Shown piece by piece: positions 28,929 to 38,000 of a stretch of DNA of 64,000 nucleotides. A model generated the notes under the pieces. The model made no database searches, was not told where the DNA came from, and saw only the letters and a list, made by a program, of their open reading frames with translations. How positions within the stretch are numbered: the first letter of the stretch is position 1; each line of letters opens with the position of its first letter. A program made the position numbers and the translations under genes. The DNA is taken from positions 9,326-73,325 of IMG/VR virus record IMGVR_UViG_645044602_000001. One strand, given 5' to 3'. This DNA is from a virus. Its lineage: Duplodnaviria; Caudoviricetes.

Positions 28929-29010
28929 ACTGGGAGCTAAATAGATAGTGAGGTCCGTTGATCGCGGACATGATCAACTCAGCAGCGTGCAAGTCCTGCC
29001 TCCCGGTCCT
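28929..29010 (+). ncRNA. degenerate tRNA-like element
   Basis: ACTGGGAG/CTCCCGGT acceptor-like stem, GTCCG-7 nt-CGGAC arm, T-arm-like GCAGCG-TGCAAGT-CCTGC; no CCA end. Confidence 0.3.
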
Positions 29011-29011
29011 A

Positions 29012-32000
29012 TCACTGACCCCCATTCATCAGGTTGATCCACGGGTTCAACTCAGGTGCATCAAAGAGCATCTCATACCCCGTAGCATAGTCCAGATTAC
29101 CAGCAGCCATCACAGCCAAGATGTTATCACTGATTGGGCTGTTCATATCTGTCATTGCGTTCAGAGCCAGTGAACGAACCGGATTATCTCGCATCTGCTT
29201 TGCAGCAATCTTGAGAATACGGATCTTAAAGGCCATGAACCAAGTAAGACCATTCGACTCCAGACCGGAGCGAACACGACCCGGAAGCACAGAGAAGTTA
29301 ACGAACTCTTCGTTGACCATCGCTGATGCTACCTCAGCACTAAGTCCCTGAGAAATCAGGTGGTCGTAATAAATAGACTTAGCGATGAAGTCACCATACT
29401 GGGTTGCTCGATTGAGCACCTGATACAGTTTCGTAGACTTCGAAACCAACCCCACCTTAGCAATATCAGCAGCACGCTCTGGGAGCTTCTCAGACAGCTT
29501 CTCGATGTAATCACCAATACGACCTGACGAGATGTCTACATCGAGATCAGTGATACCTTCAGACAACTGCTTGAACTGACCAGCAGCAATCATCGGAGCA
29601 ATCGACATCTGTTTGTTCAGATCTTCGAGAACCTGAATACGGTCATCAATGATTTGACGCTGATTGTCATTACGAGCAATGATTCGCTTCTGTTGAAGAT
29701 CAATGATCTTGGTTCGATTGTGAATGAACTCCTCAGCTTCAGCCAGCTTTGAACGATAACCCTTCGTGATCTGTTTCAGAGGTACACCAGCATTGGCCAA
29801 CTGCATAGCGTTAGCTTGGATGTTAGCCACTGGAACTACTAGAGACCGAACCACGATGATGTCTTTGGCCGTGGATACGGTCCCTTGCAGAGCCTCTTCA
29901 CCAGCAGCAAGCATCCTCATGGCCTTACGACCCATGAAGGCTTCTGTAGCCCCTACAACGACAGCACGCATGGGCTTAGGCATACGAGACTTACCAGACC
30001 ACATATCAGTGATCGAAGGCTCACGATAACCCACAGCCAAGTTCACCATTGAACGAGGCACCATAAAGGCTCCATCGAACTTCGATTCGATATAGGACTT
30101 CGTGGACTGAGGAATCAGTTTCCATGACTCCTGATAGATCTTATCCGTAGACCGTTTCATGTCTTCAAATTCAGCATCAGACCCATTCTCACGATTCTCC
30201 CAGATCTTATGAAGCTCATCCACCAGTTGCTTGTTGTATTGATCAGCAAGGCTTTCTTCCACCTGACGACCAGCCCAAGCACCCAACATCACAGCAAGGT
30301 TCTCTTCACGACCCAAGTGAAGTTCTTGAATCTCATTCGAGATCGACCGTTCAAAACCAAGAACAGAACCATCACCAGCAAACACTGGCATCAATGCTTC
30401 CTGTTCATTTTCCAGAACAGTGTTTGGGTTCAGTTGGTCTTGAACAATACGATCTACCGAAGAGTCACCAGTAATCAGACCAGCCACAGAATTCCCTACA
30501 GTCATGCCAGTATTGGTATCCACACCCCGATAGGTCATGGCTACGTTCTGTATCACACCTTGAGAATAGGCACCCTGACGACGAACAGTCGAGACATAAT
30601 AAGACCGTGGATAGATGGAATCTGTTTCACCCTGATAAGGGATATCCAGTTTCACATAACCCATCCGTTCACGAGCATCTTTGTTGCTATCCAAGTCAAC
30701 AACGATCTGAGTATTCTTCCGACCTTCATTCGGAATGTACCCTTTGTAACCATTCAAACGAGCCTGTTCAGTGATACCCGGCTTGGCTTCTTCTGCTTCA
30801 TTCAGACTTTGAATGTATGCCACAATTGAAGTCACACCATTCGGATCAGTCTGCCACAGTTGCACAACCTCTTCACGAGTTTGAGCATCCATACGATCAA
30901 TGGCATAGACTGACACCAGACGATCAATCTTGGACACCATGTCAGGAGTACCTTCACCATCAAGATTATTGACGATGGCATAAGCATTCCGAACCAGCAA
31001 CTTACCTACAGCCTGACCATTCATGAAGTCAGCCAATTGCTTCGACTTGGCAATCACATCTGCCATTGCAGAACCAGACAGAGACTGAGCCAGATCTTGT
31101 TCAAGACGCTGGATCTCATTCCGACGAGTCGCACTTTCTTCAAGGAACTTCATGGTTTGACGCATGTTGTCCAGATCGACCAGTACTGAAAAATCAGTCT
31201 TGGCCAGAGTGTTGAACATGGCTTTCCATTGTTCTTTCGTGGGCGGGATTACAAACTCACGCTCCAGAATACCGGGAAGATCTTCACGATAAGCCTGACG
31301 CATACCAGATACAGCAGCATTTACCTTGTTCAAAAGATCCACAACCACGGAGTTCTGCTTATCCGTACCCACGATTTCTGAAACCATTTCCCGAATAGGA
31401 ACAATGGACAGAATAGGAAGACCCATGTGAGTGATCTTTTTGGCTCCTTGTGCAGTCAGATCAGTGTTCTTCTTGTCCAGCAAGTTCGTTGCCAAAGTGA
31501 CAGAAGACATCAGGAAAGGAATTACCTTTCCACGAGACTGAGCTTGAATCTCCTGATCCTTACGCAGCATCCAATCTGACGTAGACGACAGAGCACCAGA
31601 CACCATGTTGTCAGCAGCCGTAAGGGATTCCGTCACACGCTTCAGCAGACGGAACTCTTTCTCCTTGTCATGGTCAATGATGACTTGAGCGACAGCATCC
31701 AGCACTTCTTGAGGAGCGTTGTTCTCGTTCAGAGACCCCATCAGTTTCTTCATAGAGAATGAGGCAGCCCGAGTCATGAAGTCCACCAGAGAGCCTTCCA
31801 CGGCAGCCTGTGCTTCAGGTGCAGGGATCTGTTCTAGAACAGCCCGAAACTTCTTCGAAGTCTGGCTGAGAGCAAACAGAACCGCAGCAGCATCAGACGT
31901 TCCTTCGTTCTCAATTGAGCCAAAGGAATTCAGAACAGCCGAATAAGTCTGACGATCTTCAGGGTTCGAACCAAACATCTCAGGAGTCATGTTCTCAACA

Positions 32001-35000
32001 ATGTGCTGGAATACACGGGTCAGAGCAATCCGAGCCGTAGCATCCAGTTTCATGTTGGACAGCATGATACCGTAAATGGCTTTGAAGGTTGAACGATCCT
32101 TCGAATTTGCCAGCAAACCACCCTGACGAAGATCATTGATAACTTTCTCAGCATTGTAGATGTCACGGCCAGTCTTCTGTTTTGCAGAAGTATCCGTCAC
32201 AAAGCTACGCATGTAGGCTTTGAGGTTTTCAATCCAGTAATCAGAATGGTTTTCAAACGGATCAGAAGTCTCATCACCCGGTTCATCCGGAGGAGGGGTA
32301 TTCCCATTACCACCATCATCCACATTCGGTTCGTTTAGAACACGAGTGTTGAATACCACATGATCATAAAGTGAAGTTGGCATTCCACCCAGCATCCGAC
32401 GCAGCAAGGCAATAACCTTGCTTCCGAAGTCTGCAATGACAGAGACTTGCTTTGCAGTAGACCGAACACGACTGTTCGTCAGGACATAGGCCATGAATTC
32501 ATTCACAGCAGCAGCCTGATTGATCGGATCGTTACGAGCCATACGACGAGCAATAGCAGCTTGTGCTTCATTCATGGCTTTACCATCCGATTGGATGTCC
32601 ATGAATTCACCCATCAGGATCTCAAGACGAGCCACAGCATCATTCTTCACACCCTGATAGTGTTGCAAAACTGCACCATAGGTTGCAGCATGAACCATTT
32701 CATGAAGCACAGCTTCATTCGTATCAATGCTCATGAACATGACATTGTTCTTGAAGTCATAGTTCGAAGGAGCTTTCAGCACTGCACCATCATCAGGGAA
32801 GTTCTGTTGACGATATTCATTCAACTGATCCAGAGTACCGAAGATCACACGAACATCTCCCATCAAAGGCTTGAGGATTTCCACAGCCTTTTTCTGATCA
32901 GGAGTCAGGTTACGCATGTTATCCAGTAGAGCCTTTGCAATGGTAAACTCCACAGGTTTCTTCACATCCTTTGGTTTCGTGTCATTGTTGATCTCTTTCT
33001 CAATCCGATGGTTCACTTCAGAAAGAGTCCACGACTCACCATCACGAGTGAAACCAACATCTGAACCGCCCATCTGATCGACAGATACAGCCATCTGCCG
33101 GAAGACTTTCTTTCGAGCACGATTCTCTTTCAGTCGCTTGGTCATTTCAGCTTGCAAATCTTCCGGACCTTGGAAGAATTGCAAGGACTCTTTTTTGTTG
33201 TCCGTCATCAGTTCAGCCCAGACATCATTCAGGATGTCAGCTTCCAAATTGTTGGACATAAAACCTTCGAAGTTCTGTACAGCCATGCCCAGAACATCTC
33301 GATCCCAAGACTTCAATACAGCCTCATTGATCTGAGGAGCATACTGTTTGATCTTGGAAACCGGAACGTCGATACCATCGAACACCGGAAGAACATCATT
33401 CGGTGCATTATCAGCACCAAAGATGAGGTTCATCATCATGGCATCCCCAGTACCAATCACTGCAAATGGTAGAGCACGAACTCCAACGTCATCAGGACGA
33501 CGCATACGAGCAGGAGTAACCAGCTTTTCATCAAAGTTTGAAGACAGACGAAGATCAGTAAGTTTCTTATCGAAACCACCCACAGCCAAAGTCTGTTCAT
33601 CAGACACGAAGATTGCTCCCATCTGACTCAGACGGTCTTCCAATTCCTTGAAGTATTTCCGAGGAATCTCTCCTTTGTTGGGTTCACCTTTTTTGTTCCG
33701 TTTGATCACACCTTCACGAGCCAGCTTTTCAGCCAGAGCATTGATCTCACGATCAAACAGTTTCTGAAGATACTCGGACTGAATGTTTGTAGACAGAACC
33801 AGCATATCATTCAGTTGTTCAATTCGATGGCCTAGAACCTGACGAGTAGCATTCGTCAGAACCTTACCAACTGTAAACTGAATGGCTTTCCGGAATGCTT
33901 CCACTTGATCATTCGAGAACACAAAATTCTTGTCAAAGCTGTTAGGCAGCTTCAGACCAAGAGTTTCCATGTCTTTCACAACACCCGGATAGTAATAGGT
34001 ATCCCAGTCAGCATTTTCTGGTATAGTCTGGAGTTTCTCATAGAACTCCAACAGCATGTCATCAGCCACACCAATAGCCACGCCTTGAACACCAGAACCA
34101 TAGTTCACTTTGGTCATAGGATTCTTAGCAGTGTTACGGGTCATCTTGAAATCACCATTCGGCAGCATTTCAAAGTTACCAAAGGCTGAGGCCAGACGAC
34201 CAGCAGCTTTCCGTTGCTCTTGTTGCCAAGGCTTCAGGAACTTCAGATCACCAGTCATCATCTGATCACCCAATTGGGAGACCATCTCATAAAGGTCTTT
34301 TTCCTTATTCTTGAAGAACTTGTTCACGGTCATTGCCGTGGTTCCAAGGAAGTAACCCACACGTTTGAAGTTGCCCCAGTCTTCAGGAGTCATCAAACCA
34401 TGACCAAAGTTGATCATCATGTTGGCAGCACCATTGGTTAGACCATCAAGCTCAAAGCTCAGAGCAGTCTCAAAGGTTGCTTCACCATTGGCCACAGCCA
34501 GTTCAAAACCAGCAATCGCTTCAATAGCAGCCAGCACAGCAGGTTCCACCTGACCCACTTCAGTCAAGAAAGCATCTGAGTCGAACTCACCAGTGGTCAT
34601 CAGATTTTTGACCATCTGAACCGCAGGACCATACTTGTCTGCAAAGGCTTCTTGAGCAGCACGGAAATCATCTTCCCGGTCTTTCTTCTCAGCTTTGTAC
34701 ATATCAGCTTGCTGAAGAACACCAAGCCACAGAGCCTGAATATCATCAGCATCAGTCGTAGACAGCACAGACCGCTGAGGTGCCACCACATACCGCATCA
34801 GCTTGTTGTTCTGAGGGTTCGGACCTTGCATCTGATGACGACCAACTTTGGTCACACCGACAGGGAAGAAAACTTCAGAGGCTTGTTGTTCCATCATCCC
34901 ATTGATCAGATCAGTCACTTCAATCAGATCACGACGAACAGAAGCATTCTTACCCAGAACTGAACGCTTTAGCACAGGATGAGTCACAGACGCAGGATCA

Positions 35001-38000
35001 CGATATCCAAGCATCGTAGCAAGGTTATCTTCACCAATTGCTTCCAGCAGCCTTGCACGGCCCATCTGAAGACGATGAGGGATATCCTGCATACGACGAA
35101 CAGCCATACGCTCCAGAGCCGACATAATCCCTGTGCCACGTCCTTTACGGACTGACACGGTAGGGATCTTTGAACCAATGCTATAAGACTCACGAGATTC
35201 ATTGAAGATTGTTTCCCGAACAGTGTTCGAGATACCTTCACCTTTGGCTCCAGCAATACGCTTCTGATAGTCTGACATCTTTTCAGTGTTTACCAGAATG
35301 GTAGCAGCATCTTGTTGATTTGCTTCACTGGTAAGTTTCACCGTGTCGATGTCGATGATGTCCATCTCAGCAAGAACCGTCAGGATCTCTTTGGCGAAAC
35401 CATGAGTTACACCTTCCAGATCATCAACGCTTGCTTCTTCATTCTCTTTGATGTGCCACAGACGCTTCAAATCATCAGCAATTGTGTCAGATAGCTGACT
35501 TGGCGGAATACCAAACAGGATCTTGTTCATACCTTCTTCGGTCAGATCCAGTTTGTTCAGCCCCATTTTCTCCAGAGTATCATCCAGTTTCCGAGGATCA
35601 GACGCAGCAGCAGTCGAGATAAAATCCATCACTGCCAGAACCGCAAGGTTCAGCATGTCAGGATCATATTGTTCAGTTTCCGGATTCATCAAAGCACCAG
35701 CTTTGAACTTTCGAAACTCAACACGACCATCTTTAATGTGCTGTGCAATGGTCTTCGTAATCTGACCATCTTTCACACGCATTTTCAGACGAGCATTCAT
35801 CCGCTGTACAAAGTCAGGCAGAATTTCATTCATGATCGTCAGGTACTCACGGTTCATTTTGAACTCAGAACCAAACTTCTGCATGAGATCATCCAGACTG
35901 GTAATCACAGGATCACCATTTCGAGGTACAAAACTCTTGTTGAAAAGAGCCGTTACCTTCCGAGAGGATCCGGATACGGAGGCGGTGTCTGCTCCCTGAG
36001 ATCCTCCGGAGTTTCGCTCTCCGTCGGATGATTGAGTTTCTTCGCTGGATACTTCAGTGGTAGTTCCAGTTGTTTCGGTTCGGATGAGATCGCCATAAAC
36101 TTCCTCCATAAAGGCAGCAGTGTTTCCAAGATCTCCACTGAATTCTTCAGTAGAGAAAGCCATTTCCGTAGCCACTGCGAAGAGTTCAGAAGCAATCTTT
36201 TCAGGAGTGTTCCGAGTAAAAGCATACTCCAACCGATTGTTAAAGAACCCACTCATCTTACCACGCAGAGCATTCATTTCATTGTAGATTTTCCCACTTT
36301 TGTAGAACATCCGAGCAGATGAGTAGGGACGACCAACAGGATTGGCATGATTATCAACCAAATGGCCAGTCTCATGTACGAGGATAGCTTTCCCCAGAGC
36401 ATTGAGAGTCCCATCAGGATTGAACCCATCTTCTCGAATGTGAATGGTTTGGTCTGCAAAGAAAGCATGACCAAGCCCAGCAACCCGAATCGGAACAATA
36501 CGGATTTGCTTCACATACTTGTTCATCGTAGGCATCGTTGCCTTGATGAATGAACGAGCATTACCCAGACGTTCACGGACAGTTTCCCGCATACGAGCTT
36601 TTTCAGCTTCCGTCATCTGAGCAACAATATCATCCCATTTGGTTCCTGAAGGGATAGGCTCATCGGAAACTATTTCCTCATTCGTCTCGGTCTCAGAAGT
36701 CGCTTGCGCTCTTTCTTCGTCCGTTCCTCTTTCGGAATTACTTTCCTCTTCGACAGCCGTTGGAGAGGTATCTGATTTTGTATTCCTCAGAATCAAACGT
36801 CCATCGACAAGATCAAAGATGATTTCCACACCTTCGCTTTGATCAGAAGCACGAGCACCTGATTGGCGAAAACCAGCCACACCAACTGCATTTGGAAACT
36901 CTTTAAGAATTTTTCCCGCAAGAAACCTCATTTGTTTCATGCCGACATTATTTGGTCCTTTTTCAGAAGTAACAACAAAATTATCAATAAAGTTTTCATA
37001 CTCATTGTATTCGAAAGTTCCTGCAATTCTTTTCCCAGAAGCAGTTACATATCCAAATTCAAACATACCAGCATTTGGAGACACTTCCCGAACAATAAAT
37101 CCACCCTCTTTAATAGTATCAAAGATACTAAGAAACAGTCCGATACCATTCCAATAAACCATGGACTCATTTGTTTTTGTCTCATCGGTTTCTGCTGGCG
37201 CAGAAACCTCCTCGACAACCGTTGGACGAGCATCAATATTCTGGTTCACGATAGCAATCTGATCACCATTGAACACGATCACAATCGCATCTGTCCCATC
37301 AGACAGAATGATCGCATCATGATTACCAGCTTTGTAATCCATCTCCAGTTGACCACGTTTCGTCAGCCATTGGTTTTGAGGATCATCAGTCTCAACCAGC
37401 AGAGGATTGGTGGCACGAACATTCACAGACATTAGTCGTGGATTCGATTTACCAATAGCATACTCACGTCCCTGACCTTTACGAGTAGTCAGGAAGATCC
37501 CATCACGAGAATCAGCAAACTGATCAAACTCAACCCCACCAGTCCCATGATAGAAGACCATCACATTATCCTGTTCATCAGTGATGAACCCGGTATCAGT
37601 GCTGATATTCAGGTCTTCTTCTGTAGTCTGGTTCTGCTCCTCGGTTTCTGACGAAACCTCGTCGTCAGCCGTTGGGGTTTGAGTTTCTTGGTTTGTCTGT
37701 TGGTTCTGCTCGTCAGAAGTTTCTGGCGAAACTTCCTCCTCGATACCCGTTGGTTGGGTATCAGGCTTCGCCAACACAACCTTCTCCATTTTCGGGAATG
37801 AACCAAAGACTTCAGGGAATTCTTCACGCAGCGTGTTGAAAGCATCGACCACAGCATTCTGGTCTTCAGCAACCTGTTGTGCGAATGCAACACTATTGGG
37901 ATTGCTCGGTGAATACCGAACACCCTCACGACGTACACCACGAATAGGACTGTCAAAGTTCTTCAGACGACCGCCACGTTTCCCATCTGGAGATGTGTAA

